A DNA stretch of 58,837 nt from a virus (IMGVR_UViG_3300045119_000159:1-58837); one strand, 5' to 3'; positions 1 to 9,143 are shown, counted from the first letter of the stretch. Notes: generated by a model not told the origin, from the letters alone. Translations and numbers: made by a program.

Positions 1-127
1 CCGAAAAAACATTGCTCCTCCTCCATCCCCCGGTACTCGCTATGTCAGCCCCTTCTCCACGGCTAGCCATCGCGGCACCAGGACCGATGTCTCGTCATCG
101 GACAGTTCGACCTGCGACAACGGGAGC
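1..127. repeat. Terminal direct repeat, left copy (circular assembly overlap)
   Basis: 1-127 is identical to 58711-58837 (ccgaaaaaac...cgggagc); 127 is a common assembler k-mer length. Confidence 0.97.
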
Positions 128-234
128 CAGACCTCCTCGTCGGCTGCCTCGATGTAGAACAGGATGGCCTTCTCGGTTGTCCGGCGGACCTCGCCGTCGA
201 AGCCAAGATACTCGCGGTCGCTCACAGCTCTCAC
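40..234 (-). CDS. Small hypothetical phage protein
   Basis: Coupled to helicase stop; phage-like motif TTEKAILF...EVWLPLSQV...VPRWLAVEKGL. Confidence 0.75.
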   Translation of the reverse strand: MRAVSDREYLGFDGEVRRTTEKAILFYIEAADEEVWLPLSQVELSDDETSVLVPRWLAVEKGLT

Positions 235-1118
235 GCTTCCTCCGCCCCATACCGCTTGAAAACCCCCGCCGCAGGCTCAACCCGAACAAAAACCCCAGCC
301 TCCCACATCAGCAGGATTTTCTGGTCAGATGGGCCGTAATTGCTTTTTTTGGTCTCGAACACCAAACCCATTTCCGCGTGGTGATACAGATACCAGCGAG
401 CCCTGACGCTGTTGTTCCACGCGACGTTGCCACTCTCCCCGGAACCGCTCGCGCGTCCCGCCAGCGACGGGTGCTTCGTCACAATCACCACACCCTGGAT
501 CAGCATCGCGAGCCGCCGCAACTCGCTGATGTACTGCATGACCTGACGTTCGTCGTTCTGATTGCCATCAAATGTCTGCGTCGCCGTGTCAACAATCAGA
601 TAACTCACCCCGCAATCCCGGCATTGGTCGCTCACCTCGCGCAGCAGCCGGGTCGGCTTCATCTGCCAAGTCACACGGTCCAAACGGCACAGCGCGTTAT
701 CCTGCCCGACACGAGGGCTCAACATCAGGCCACCCTCGGCAAAATCGTCCATCTCCATCCCAAGGTCCCGACCGATCGAGAATTGCCGCCGCCACAACTC
801 GTCGTAATCGTCCTCGCAGGCAATCATCAGCGCCCGGCCCGGCAAGACGCTCATCCCCAACCACGCCCGTCCTACCGCAGCGCTCGAACACAACTGCTGC
901 ATCAACAGGCTCTTGCCAATCCCGCCATCGCCCGATACCAGCGCCACCGTACCCCGCAGAAACGCATTCTCAACCATCCACTCCCGCCTTGGCGGCTGCT
1001 TCCCCTGCCACCTGGCCGGCGATACCGCCCTGAATATCCGATCATCAGCTACTAACCTTTCCGCCGGACGCCCCCGCGCCTCCGCTGTCATCAGCCGCTT
1101 CCACTTCCTCGCGCTCAC
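231..1118 (-). CDS. AAA_25/RepA-like replicative helicase (SF4-related ATPase)
   Basis: Walker A GDGGIGKS, EDD motif, Walker B LIVD, HP...SGESGNVAWNNSVR, KSNYG. Confidence 0.9.
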   Translation of the reverse strand: MSARKWKRLMTAEARGRPAERLVADDRIFRAVSPARWQGKQPPRREWMVENAFLRGTVALVSGDGGIGKSLLMQQLCSSAAVGRAWLGMSVLPGRALMIACEDDYDELWRRQFSIGRDLGMEMDDFAEGGLMLSPRVGQDNALCRLDRVTWQMKPTRLLREVSDQCRDCGVSYLIVDTATQTFDGNQNDERQVMQYISELRRLAMLIQGVVIVTKHPSLAGRASGSGESGNVAWNNSVRARWYLYHHAEMGLVFETKKSNYGPSDQKILLMWEAGVFVRVEPAAGVFKRYGAEEA

Positions 1119-1374
1119 GGCTCAGCCAATCCTGAAAACCGTGTCCGTCCAGATCAGGCTGCAGACCAAGCCGCGCCCGCGATGCTTCTCCGATTTCATA
1201 AATCTCGTCAGGCGTCAGTAGCGGAAAAGGCTTAACCCTTTCCCCAGCACCATCAGCCTCGATGTCAGCCAGCAACCGCCAGAACACGGCACGCACGATG
1301 TAGAGGCGGGCAGCAGCCTCGCCCGTCATGTCGCACTTCCCCGAAACAGCCAGCTTGAATGCATCTTCCTTCAC
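1045..1374 (-). CDS. Hypothetical protein upstream of helicase
   Basis: Co-oriented ORF overlapping the helicase start. Confidence 0.55.
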   Translation of the reverse strand: MKEDAFKLAVSGKCDMTGEAAARLYIVRAVFWRLLADIEADGAGERVKPFPLLTPDEIYEIGEASRARLGLQPDLDGHGFQDWLSREREEVEAADDSGGAGASGGKVSS

Positions 1375-1640
1375 CCTCGCTACGCTCAGGCCTCGCTACG
1401 CTCGATTGCGGCAACCTGTCCAAAAGAAGACACCTTCCCCCTTACCCCCTCCCTAGAAGAAAGGAGGAGGGCGGCCCTGACGGGTTAAACCCCGCCTAGG
1501 TCCGATCAGGCCCCGCACTATCTCAGCGGGCGATATCGGGTGCCGGTGTAGCAGTGGGGTAGAGGCCCCGTGCTGCGGCCGGCTGGGCAGAGCGGCTCGC
1601 TACGGCGAGCCTTCAATCGCCTCTGCCGGGCGTAACATTC
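1375..1640 (-). other. Structured non-coding region, candidate replication origin or primer RNA
   Basis: No ORF; nested hairpins, G-tract 1433-1453 (minus strand), two GAGCGTAGCGAGG repeats at 1375-1387 and 1391-1403. Confidence 0.5.
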
Positions 1641-1646
1641 GGTCGG

Positions 1647-1889
1647 TTACGGCTTTAGTGCCGTATAGGTCTGCGACTCCTCAAACAGCCCCAGGCCGTC
1701 GCGCTGTGGCACTACCCAACGGTTGCGGATCAGAGCCTCGGCGCACCTGCCGGAGATCTCCCTCCCGTTCGCCAAACCCCACACGACTTTGCGATCTGGA
1801 GCGTAAGTTTTCATCAACGGCGATTGTGCTATCATCGCCAAGATTCTGGTCTGAAACATCGTCGGTTTAGGCGGCTTCTTGGCGCGCAT
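1647..1889 (-). CDS. Hypothetical protein
   Basis: ATG with GGAGGT RBS, in the leftward early operon. Confidence 0.75.
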   Translation of the reverse strand: MRAKKPPKPTMFQTRILAMIAQSPLMKTYAPDRKVVWGLANGREISGRCAEALIRNRWVVPQRDGLGLFEESQTYTALKP

Positions 1890-2128
1890 GCGTCACCTCC
1901 CTAGCTTCGGCTTCCTGCTTCATCAGCAGCGAGCCATAGATCATGCAGTCCCAATGGAATGACCACCACCAGCAGGGATCATATGTCACGCCGCCAACCT
2001 CCGCTTGCGTGCTCGCCATTCCCGTCTAGTCCGATTAACCTGTTCCTTTCGTCGTGCCCATCTGTGGGGATCGGAGCGAACCTTTAGATAGAAAGCCCGG
2101 TCTCGGGCGCGCTGGCGCTCAGCGACGC

Positions 2129-2311
2129 TCATGCCGCCCCCTTGTCAGCATCGCTTACCGGAGGCGGCCAATATTTACGGCTGTACAGTTGCGAGAACCG
2201 TACAGCATTCTTGCCTGTGAGAGTGGCCATTGCATCAAGCCGCTCAAATTCCCACGCCTCTTTGAGGCTTAGGTGATCGAAGGGGAACGGATCGCGCACA
2301 GCCAGAGTCAT
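2129..2311 (-). CDS. Hypothetical protein
   Basis: Likely start MTLAVRD overlaps the RusA stop (ATGA). Confidence 0.5.
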   Translation of the reverse strand: MTLAVRDPFPFDHLSLKEAWEFERLDAMATLTGKNAVRFSQLYSRKYWPPPVSDADKGAA

Positions 2312-2736
2312 GCCGCCCTCGCGATCGGCGTTACCGTCACCACGATTTTCGGCTGACCGCTGTAGACTTTTCGCAGTGTCCAATACTCGACTATCTGGCT
2401 GTCATCGCAATACACAACTCCGTTGAACGCATCTTCTACCTGCTTGACAATATTGGATAAATCCGGTTTCTTCGCCGGGCGAATTTCACCTAGAAGCGCC
2501 GCCGTTCGCTTAGCTCGCGAGTAAGATTTCGGGATTGCGAACTCAGCGGTCAGATTTACACCCACTGGACCGGCAAACGGCAATCGCCCGATCATTTCCT
2601 GATGCGCCAAAAGCTTTAGTGCGACGGCGTTGTTGCGTTGCCGCCTCGGCGTGAATAGGGAGCCCGTCTTGCTGATGCGCGTCCTCGCCCATGCTACAGG
2701 CTCGCCTAACAGGCAGACGGTGACGGGATCATTCAC
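2308..2736 (-). CDS. rusA: RusA-family Holliday junction resolvase
   Basis: GEPVAWAR N-terminus, KKPDLSNIVKQVEDAFNGVVYCDDSQIV motif. Confidence 0.92.
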   Translation of the reverse strand: MNDPVTVCLLGEPVAWARTRISKTGSLFTPRRQRNNAVALKLLAHQEMIGRLPFAGPVGVNLTAEFAIPKSYSRAKRTAALLGEIRPAKKPDLSNIVKQVEDAFNGVVYCDDSQIVEYWTLRKVYSGQPKIVVTVTPIARAA

Positions 2737-3107
2737 GCTGGCCGCCCCCGCTTAAGAGCGCGTGCCGCTACCGTGCCAACCGTGTTAGCCTCATCGCTAG
2801 CCGCGACAGGATGTCGGCGAGCCACAGCACCAACCTTTTGTCTGGCCTTTTCTTCACTGGCGGCTCCCCCAGCCCATTGCTGCCGTATCGCGGCACTAAG
2901 CGCATCTCGTTCTTCCAATCTTGCGACGATCCGAGCGGCCAATTCCTCGCGGCGCGCTACAGGGAACCGGCCAGCTAGCCATAGCTTAGCCGTGTCAATC
3001 GAGACGCCCCATTCGCGCGCAATCTTCTTCCGTGCGCTCGGCTCATAGGCAAAGCGCAATGCTTCCGCCGCGCTCGTCACGGAACTACCCACCTTGGGTA
3101 ACGACAT
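2733..3107 (-). CDS. HTH DNA-binding protein (CII-like position)
   Basis: KKIAREWGVSIDTAKLWLAG HTH-like segment, downstream of the Cro-like gene. Confidence 0.6.
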   Translation of the reverse strand: MSLPKVGSSVTSAAEALRFAYEPSARKKIAREWGVSIDTAKLWLAGRFPVARREELAARIVARLEERDALSAAIRQQWAGGAASEEKARQKVGAVARRHPVAASDEANTVGTVAARALKRGRPA

Positions 3108-3445
3108 GCCTCCGCCTCGCGTGTAATTGTCGGGGCGTTGAGGCTACGAGGGCGAGGCCGGACAGGATTATGCGCGATAGTTCCCCCGCTATGGTGCCGA
3201 TCCTGTCCGGTCGAGATTGCGGACGCGCCTATTTCCGCCTTGGCGATCGTCCAATGTGGCGTGACGCGGGGAGGCGTCATGTGCGGAAACCGCCCCCAAG
3301 GGGAGAGGGGATCGTCACCTTGGGGATCTGAGTGCAAATGGGAAGCGAGCCACCACCCGCTCAGCGGCCCTATAACGCAGGCTAGGACAGTCCAGCTTAT
3401 GATGATGTAGAGGGCGGTTGCCACATGGCTTGTCCCATAAGGGGT

Positions 3446-3697
3446 TTATTCAGCGGCGGCTTCAGGCGGGCGGCCGTTTAAGTGGCGCGGCTCAAATTCC
3501 CCGGTCTCGCGATAGCGGCGGATCTGCAATCGGGCGCGCTCGACAGTTGAGAGGCGGCAGTCGCGACCCGTCCGAATCCCAAACACAAACCCCGGATCGT
3601 TGAGCGCATCGCGCCCAAACGCCGTCGGGCTCATGCCGCTTTCGACAAGGAATTGCTCGATTTCCGAGGACAGAGGTGCGTGTGTGTTCGGGTCCAT
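3446..3697 (-). CDS. Cro-like HTH regulator
   Basis: EIEQFLVESGMSPTAFGRDALNDPGFV; divergent from the repressor. Confidence 0.8.
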   Translation of the reverse strand: MDPNTHAPLSSEIEQFLVESGMSPTAFGRDALNDPGFVFGIRTGRDCRLSTVERARLQIRRYRETGEFEPRHLNGRPPEAAAE

Positions 3698-3706
3698 CGG
3701 AATAGG

Positions 3707-3735
3707 AGTTTAATAGGCTTTTTCCTATCAGTCAA
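3707..3735 (-). promoter_or_regulatory. Sigma70-type promoter for the cro-like operon (PR-like)
   Basis: Minus strand TTGACT-N17-TAAACT, -10 ends 9 nt before the ATG at 3697, implying a near-leaderless mRNA. Confidence 0.75.
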
Positions 3736-3750
3736 GCGGATCATTCCTAT
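3713..3750. promoter_or_regulatory. Operator pair (ATAGG-N6-CCTAT)
   Basis: ATAGGctttttCCTAT 3713-3728; degenerate AGCGGatcattCCTAT 3735-3750; 22-bp period. Confidence 0.8.
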
Positions 3751-3786
3751 TGGACTTTTTTTATAGGGCGCGCGAACAAGGTCAGC

Positions 3787-4188
3787 ATGCCCCGAAAGGC
3801 CAAAGACCCTATCCCGTATGATCCGCCGCGTAAGCACCTCTCGGATTTAATGCTACGGGAGGGGCTTGATTTTGCTTCCCTGTCTGCCATGATCGGGCGA
3901 AATGCATCGTACGTTCAGCAGTACATGAAATACGGCAAGCCTCGAAATTTGCCGGAACGGGAGCGGGAAGCCTTGGGACAGCTATTTAAGGTAGATCCAG
4001 ACATTTTTCGCCAAAACTATCGACCGAGGGACGCTCAGAGCGAGTTGCTGGCCCTCTATGAGAGAGTGCCGGAAGAGCGGCAAGACGAGTTTCTGGAACT
4101 GGTGCGCCAAGCCGCGCGGCTCGCCACACCCGAACGGGCGGTCCCTACACGGCCAGGGCACCCGCGCCGCGCGGGAGTCAAAAATTAA
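3787..4188 (+). CDS. CI-like repressor, HTH without an S24 peptidase domain
   Basis: FASLSAMIGRNASYVQQYMKYGKPRNL resembles alphaproteobacterial repressor N-termini; flanked by operators. Confidence 0.8.
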   Translation: MPRKAKDPIPYDPPRKHLSDLMLREGLDFASLSAMIGRNASYVQQYMKYGKPRNLPEREREALGQLFKVDPDIFRQNYRPRDAQSELLALYERVPEERQDEFLELVRQAARLATPERAVPTRPGHPRRAGVKN

Positions 4189-4245
4189 CCAATATTTTTG
4201 AACTGGCGCGTTTAGCGACCCGTTAGCCATAAATATTTTCAGCCG

Positions 4246-4289
4246 ATAGGCGAAATCCTATTGACCGATAGGAAATAGCCTATTAAGCT
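4246..4289 (+). promoter_or_regulatory. Operator pair plus PL-like promoter
   Basis: ATAGGcgaaatCCTAT 4246-4261 and ATAGGaaatagCCTAT 4268-4283; TTGACC(4261)-N17-TAAGCT(4284). Confidence 0.8.
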
Positions 4290-4319
4290 CCCTCTCATCG
4301 AGACACAGAGAGGGGCGCG

Positions 4320-4622
4320 ATGCCGAGCACCGCCGCATCAGACGAAGCGCTGCAAGCCGCTGAAGAATTGCTCAGCGACGAGTGCGCGCCGGAATTGTCG
4401 AATGGCGAGCACGACTGGCTGAAGCACAACATCGCGCGGCTTTGCGACTGGTTTGCCGCTGAAACCCCGACCGAAGAGTTCGACCGCCTGCTCCGCGAAG
4501 CCGCCGAATACCGCGAGGGCATCTTCGCCACGCACCGCTGCTGGCGCTGCAATCACGGCGAGAAGGCGTGCGTCCAATTCGACCCGCATCGCTGCGACTA
4601 TCCCCGCGCACTTAATGATTGA
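4320..4622 (+). CDS. Hypothetical protein with Cys-rich C-terminus
   Basis: First ORF after the PL-like promoter, GAGGGG RBS, CWRC...C...C. Confidence 0.7.
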   Translation: MPSTAASDEALQAAEELLSDECAPELSNGEHDWLKHNIARLCDWFAAETPTEEFDRLLREAAEYREGIFATHRCWRCNHGEKACVQFDPHRCDYPRALND

Positions 4623-4726
4623 GGTCACAGATGGGCCGCTTGGGGTATTGGAACGCTCATTCTGACCGCGATTGGGAAGATCAATGCGGCATGTATGACG
4701 AACCCGAGCCAGAGGAGGAAGAGCCG

Positions 4727-4963
4727 ATGGACGATGTTGTGATTGACGGTCGCCAGTCCGTAACACTGAAAGACGCGCTGGATCTATTCGGTGCGTTCGA
4801 GGCGGCGCTCGACAAACAAATCTACCCGCAGCAGGAAGCCCAAAACTACGAGCCACCCGATAGCTGGACATACACCATCAACCTAACCGCCGCGCAATGG
4901 CAGCAATACAGCGCGGCGATGGCTCTGCTGGAGAGGCTGTGCGGGACGGGAGTGACACCATGA
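4727..4963 (+). CDS. Hypothetical protein
   Basis: 3' part of ORF 4619-4963, GAGGA RBS before MDDVV; coupled to the next gene. Confidence 0.55.
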   Translation: MDDVVIDGRQSVTLKDALDLFGAFEAALDKQIYPQQEAQNYEPPDSWTYTINLTAAQWQQYSAAMALLERLCGTGVTP

Positions 4964-5568
4964 GCGCAATCGATCTATCGCCTGCAATCGATCTAGCGCC
5001 TTTTTGCGGCACGGACAAAGAAAGAGGGCGGGGTGTTGCGAGTGAGGGCGGCCCCGGTACGATGGTCATATTTGGCCTTAAAAATCATGATCAACCATTC
5101 TCGCGCGGCGACTACACCTACGCGACGAACGGGCACGTTATCGTCAGAGTGCCCCGGCGAGATGAGGTGCCAGAACAGCCGAAAGCGCCCCTCACTGTTG
5201 GTGCGGTGTTTTATAAGATCGACGCCTCCTTGCCGTTCCGCAGAATCCCACGTTACGAAATCCCGGAAGCAAAGAAATCGCCGTGCATTCACTGCTTCGA
5301 CGGTTTTCAGCATGACTGTCCCAACTGCGAATGCGAATGTGAAGAATGCGACGGCACCGGCACTGAAATTGAACTGATATCGGTAGCTCTCGGCCCAGCG
5401 ATTTTGGCGGCTCAATACGTCAAACTGCTGCAAACACTGCCGGATATCAAGATTGCTGTTGGGTCTGATAGGAATAGACCAATGCACTTCACCTTTGATG
5501 GCGGTGACGGACTGCTAATGCCGATGTCGCGCCCTTATGATACGCACGTTAAGGAACCAACATCATGA
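4960..5568 (+). CDS. Hypothetical phage protein with DnaJ-like Zn finger; beta-clamp-like segments
   Basis: YATNGH motif, CxxCxxG and CEECDGTG, C-terminal FDGGDGLLMPM. Confidence 0.75.
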   Translation: MSAIDLSPAIDLAPFCGTDKERGRGVASEGGPGTMVIFGLKNHDQPFSRGDYTYATNGHVIVRVPRRDEVPEQPKAPLTVGAVFYKIDASLPFRRIPRYEIPEAKKSPCIHCFDGFQHDCPNCECECEECDGTGTEIELISVALGPAILAAQYVKLLQTLPDIKIAVGSDRNRPMHFTFDGGDGLLMPMSRPYDTHVKEPTS

Positions 5569-5771
5569 GGACTCTCGACCAAGTATTTACTGCTGCCACC
5601 AGCAAAGAAACGGCGCTGCGCCAGTTGCGCGCCAGGCTCAGTGAACTCGATGCCGAGGCCGAGAAGCTGCGCCTGAAGCGGATGAAATTATACGATAACA
5701 TTCAGTTGTTCGCCCAAGGCCGAATCAGCTTTGAGGCCGCAACAAGATGCCTTAGTCGGATAGTGCGATGA
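5565..5771 (+). CDS. Hypothetical coiled-coil protein
   Basis: Coupled overlaps (ATGA) at both ends. Confidence 0.7.
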   Translation: MRTLDQVFTAATSKETALRQLRARLSELDAEAEKLRLKRMKLYDNIQLFAQGRISFEAATRCLSRIVR

Positions 5772-6568
5772 AACTCGGCCTCACAGACGAGCAGCTCCAA
5801 GAAAGACGCCGTGGAATAGGTGGCAGTGACGCCGCGAAGATCATGGGCGGTATGTGGCATGAACTGTGGCTCGACAAAACGGGACGTTCCGAGCCAGAGG
5901 ATCTGTCGCGCGTCCTCGCCGTCCAGATGGGCTTGTTCACCGAACCGCTGAACATCTTCTGGTTCGAGCGCGAGACCGGCCATAAGGTTTTCGGGCGCGG
6001 CGAGGTCTACCGTCACCCGGATTACGATTTCATCCGATGCACCCTCGATGGGCTGACGCTTATCAAAAGCAGACCGGCGATCATCCAGGCGAAGCATGTA
6101 TCGGCGTTCTCTAAGATCGAGGAAATCGAGCAGCGCTACTATCCGCAAGTTGCACATGAAATGCTCGTCACGGGATCGTCCCTCGCGTTCCTCTCTGTTT
6201 TCCTTGGCACTCAGAAGTGGGAATGCGTTGAGATCCAAAGGGACCGAGAATATACTACGCGACTACTGGAATACGAACAGGAATTTTGGGGTTACGTGAC
6301 GCGCGATGAACCGCCGCCGCAACCCGAAGCGGTTCCGATACCGGCTCGTCCAGCAGTCTACCGAACGGTGGACATGAGCGGGTCGAACGTCTGGTGCGAT
6401 TTCGCGGTCGATTGGCTGGAGAACCAGGGTGCCGCGAAGAAGTATGACAAGGCGGCCAAGGAGTTGCGCGCGATGGTCGAGCCCGATGTCGGGCACGCCT
6501 TCGGCAAGGGCGTGGCGGTGAAGCGCAGTAAGGACGGAAAGCTGTTTATATCGGGGGCTGCAAAATGA
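5768..6568 (+). CDS. YqaJ-like viral recombinase exonuclease
   Basis: RRRGIGGSDAA, G...EP, CTLDG, QAK, YYPQV motifs. Confidence 0.92.
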   Translation: MKLGLTDEQLQERRRGIGGSDAAKIMGGMWHELWLDKTGRSEPEDLSRVLAVQMGLFTEPLNIFWFERETGHKVFGRGEVYRHPDYDFIRCTLDGLTLIKSRPAIIQAKHVSAFSKIEEIEQRYYPQVAHEMLVTGSSLAFLSVFLGTQKWECVEIQRDREYTTRLLEYEQEFWGYVTRDEPPPQPEAVPIPARPAVYRTVDMSGSNVWCDFAVDWLENQGAAKKYDKAAKELRAMVEPDVGHAFGKGVAVKRSKDGKLFISGAAK

Positions 6569-7290
6569 TCCAGACCAGCGAACAAATCGACGCTATCTCA
6601 GCCGCGCTAGTGAAGGCGCAAGCTGACATTGAGAACATCGCTAAGACCGGGAAAAATCCTCACTTCAAGTCGAGCTACGCCACCTTGGCGGACGTGCTCG
6701 ACGAACTGCGCCCGAAGTTTGCCAAGCACGGCATCTACATCATGCAGGCGGCCATCAACGGCGAGGGCGCGACCATCGGCGTCTCAACACGGCTTCTGCA
6801 TTCGTCAGGGCAGTGGATCGAGAGCACGCTGTACGTCGCGCCCATCAAATTCGACGCGCAAGGTGCTGGATCAACCGTAACTTATTTGCGTCGATATGGG
6901 CTCATGGCGATGGCTGGGGTTGGCGCAGAAGACGACGATGGCGAGGCTGCTGTCGGTCGCCCACAAGCCCCAGCGCGCACTAACGGCGCGACCCGCACCG
7001 CATCGGCCCCGCCGACGCCAGCGCCCCTGAACAAAGCCGCTCTGCCGCCGAGCCCCGAGGAAACCCCGGAGGTCACGGCGGCGCGCCAGCGCATCCGCAT
7101 GCTGATCAATAAGATTGACGCAATGATCAAATCCGCGCCGAACGATCACGTTCTGTCGGTCGGGATGGATGATGCTCTTGACGAATTCAAGGAGATCGAG
7201 GCGGCTGGCGAGAATGGCAAGAAAGCCGCTGACGAGCTGCGTGAGAGATACAATGAGCGCATGGCGACGCTCCGAGAGCAGGCAGCATGA
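6565..7290 (+). CDS. erf: ERF-family ssDNA annealing protein
   Basis: NPHFKSSYATL, GSTVTYLRRYGL...EDDDG. Confidence 0.93.
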   Translation: MIQTSEQIDAISAALVKAQADIENIAKTGKNPHFKSSYATLADVLDELRPKFAKHGIYIMQAAINGEGATIGVSTRLLHSSGQWIESTLYVAPIKFDAQGAGSTVTYLRRYGLMAMAGVGAEDDDGEAAVGRPQAPARTNGATRTASAPPTPAPLNKAALPPSPEETPEVTAARQRIRMLINKIDAMIKSAPNDHVLSVGMDDALDEFKEIEAAGENGKKAADELRERYNERMATLREQAA

Positions 7291-7790
7291 ACGCGCCATC
7301 GGTCCCTTGTGCTTGGGAGGGCGACTGCTTTCGCCCGTTGCCCCGATTTAGGAAACTCTGCGATCAAACATTCGTCGTTGGCGAGACTTACCGGCTCGAA
7401 ACGGTCGAGGAGAGATCAATGCTCTCACACCGTCACTATTTCTCCTGCATAGCGGAGGTTTGGCAAAATCTGCCGCCCGCCGCCGCCGAACGGTTTGCGT
7501 CCCCTGAGCATTTACGGAAATGGGCTCTCGTGAAGGCTGGCTTCCGTGACGAGCGCTCGTTCGTCTGCGCGTCGAAGGCGGAAGCATTGCGTCTCGCTGC
7601 CTTCCTGCGCCCGGTTGATGAGTTTGCTGTCGTCAGCGTCAACGGTGCTGCTGTGGTGATGCTGACGGCCAAGAGCCAGAATTTGCGCTCGATGGATCGG
7701 AAGACGTTCGGGGCCAGTAAGAACGCTGTCCTCGAGGTGCTCGCCGATCTGATCGGAGTGTCGCCTGCACAGCTTGGGAGAGCGGCATGA
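7287..7790 (+). CDS. Conserved phage recombination-region protein (NinB/DUF1367-like)
   Basis: RSMLSHRHYF...WQNLP...EHLRKWAL...KSQ...M; follows erf. Confidence 0.7.
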   Translation: MNAPSVPCAWEGDCFRPLPRFRKLCDQTFVVGETYRLETVEERSMLSHRHYFSCIAEVWQNLPPAAAERFASPEHLRKWALVKAGFRDERSFVCASKAEALRLAAFLRPVDEFAVVSVNGAAVVMLTAKSQNLRSMDRKTFGASKNAVLEVLADLIGVSPAQLGRAA

Positions 7791-7929
7791 GAGATCATGA
7801 GGCTGGCGCAATAGCTATGCTGGCTTGGATGGTAGCCGAGCTAACACAGAAGTATGGCGTCTCAATGAAGCGCTTCAGCGAGGTCGTGCGGGAAGCGAAG
7901 AAGATGCAGCGGGAGAAGGCTAAGCCGCG

Positions 7930-8190
7930 ATGATACGGAAGCACCTACGCCAACAAGTTTTCGAGCGTGATGGCGGTGCGTGCCGGCGGTGTCGGCTTTA
8001 CGACTCTAAATGGGAGGCCGACCATATTGTTGAATTGTGGGAGGGCGGCAAGGATGTCCTCGACAATATGCAAACACTCTGCCGGCGGCATCATCGGGAC
8101 AAAACATCAGACGCCACGCCCGTCCGCGCTAAGACAGACAGGCTACGGGCAAGAGAAGATTTAACCAAAAAACGTCGGGAAATACGATGA
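7930..8190 (+). CDS. HNH endonuclease
   Basis: VFERDGGACRRC...ADHIVELWEGG...NMQTLCRRHH. Confidence 0.9.
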   Translation: MIRKHLRQQVFERDGGACRRCRLYDSKWEADHIVELWEGGKDVLDNMQTLCRRHHRDKTSDATPVRAKTDRLRAREDLTKKRREIR

Positions 8191-8408
8191 TGGCTGACCG
8201 AGAAGAGATACTAACGGAAGCATTGCACAAAATCCTGCAATGGAGCGAAGCCTACCCGCTAGAGATTTTCCGCGAACCCGATTGGGCGAAGGCACGGGCA
8301 TTGCTCGCAGCGGGCGGCGTATCGCTCGATGCGGTCAGCGGCGCTTGCTGTCGGCGCGTTGTCGAAGGCATCGGCGACATCGCGCGCCAAGCATTGGAGG
8401 AATCATAA
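8187..8408 (+). CDS. Hypothetical protein
   Basis: WSEAYPLEIF motif; coupled to neighbours. Confidence 0.7.
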   Translation: MMADREEILTEALHKILQWSEAYPLEIFREPDWAKARALLAAGGVSLDAVSGACCRRVVEGIGDIARQALEES

Positions 8409-8905
8409 TGGCGCTGCCGATAACGGCGAACATTCGGCAGTTCACGCAAATCTCGGGGCTAGGCAAAACCAGCATTTACGAGCTTATCAATTCCGGCCAG
8501 GTGGAATCCGAATTTGTGAGCGGGCGACGGCTAATCAAGGTCGCGTCCTACATGGAGTTAATTCGCGCATCTTTGGACAGCGTGACGCCGCCGCGCCTGC
8601 GAGCCGAAAAGAGCCGCAGGGTAAAAAAGAGCCGCAGAAAAATGACAACCCGAAACAGCTTTGTCTATTTCATGGGCGGAGATGATGGCTATGTAAAAAT
8701 CGGCTTTTCAAACAATCCCCATAAACGGTTGAGAGGCGTGCAAATAGGCTCCGCCTCGCCAGTGCGTCTACTCGCTATGCTTCGCGGCGACCGAAATGAC
8801 GAAGATAGCCTACATAAGCGATTTGCTGCTTACCGCGTTCGTGGCGAATGGTTTCGCTTTGAGGGAGAGTTCAAGGAATATGTGGAGGGCCTTCCCCATG
8901 AGTAA
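8408..8905 (+). CDS. Xis/AlpA-like HTH fused to a GIY-YIG (T5orf172-like) domain
   Basis: ISGLGKTSIYELI...GRRLI; VYFM...VKIGFS...RL..Q...E..LHKRF...RGEWF; GGAGG RBS before 8408. Confidence 0.85.
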   Translation: MALPITANIRQFTQISGLGKTSIYELINSGQVESEFVSGRRLIKVASYMELIRASLDSVTPPRLRAEKSRRVKKSRRKMTTRNSFVYFMGGDDGYVKIGFSNNPHKRLRGVQIGSASPVRLLAMLRGDRNDEDSLHKRFAAYRVRGEWFRFEGEFKEYVEGLPHE

Positions 8906-9143
8906 TATGGAATTCGTACCCACCACCGTCACGGTTGAACAGTTCGGCAAAATCTCGCAACTCGGCAAAACAACGATCTATAAAATGATAAAGCGTGGCG
9001 ACCTTAACTCGGTCAGAGTCTATGGGCGTCGATTGATTGTCGTTCAATCATATTTTGATTTTGTAACTCGGGAGACAGCGGCGGAGATGCGGGCGCTGAC
9101 TTCCGCCACCGTTCGTGATCGTTCACGGCAAGCCGCTAAATAA
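8898..9143 (+). CDS. Excisionase-like HTH protein
   Basis: ISQLGKTTIYKMIKRGDL...GRRLI; directly abuts the att-like region. Confidence 0.8.
   Translation: MSNMEFVPTTVTVEQFGKISQLGKTTIYKMIKRGDLNSVRVYGRRLIVVQSYFDFVTRETAAEMRALTSATVRDRSRQAAK

Noticed and set aside
12-1055. 347-aa plus-strand ORF and similar long antisense ORFs (13327, 37916, 46487, 49171, 56112)
   Set aside because: They are shadows of well-supported genes in high-GC DNA with no recognisable motifs
4966-5001. 18-bp tandem duplication (AIDLSP/AIDLAP)
   Set aside because: Real, but a small in-frame slippage with no evident function
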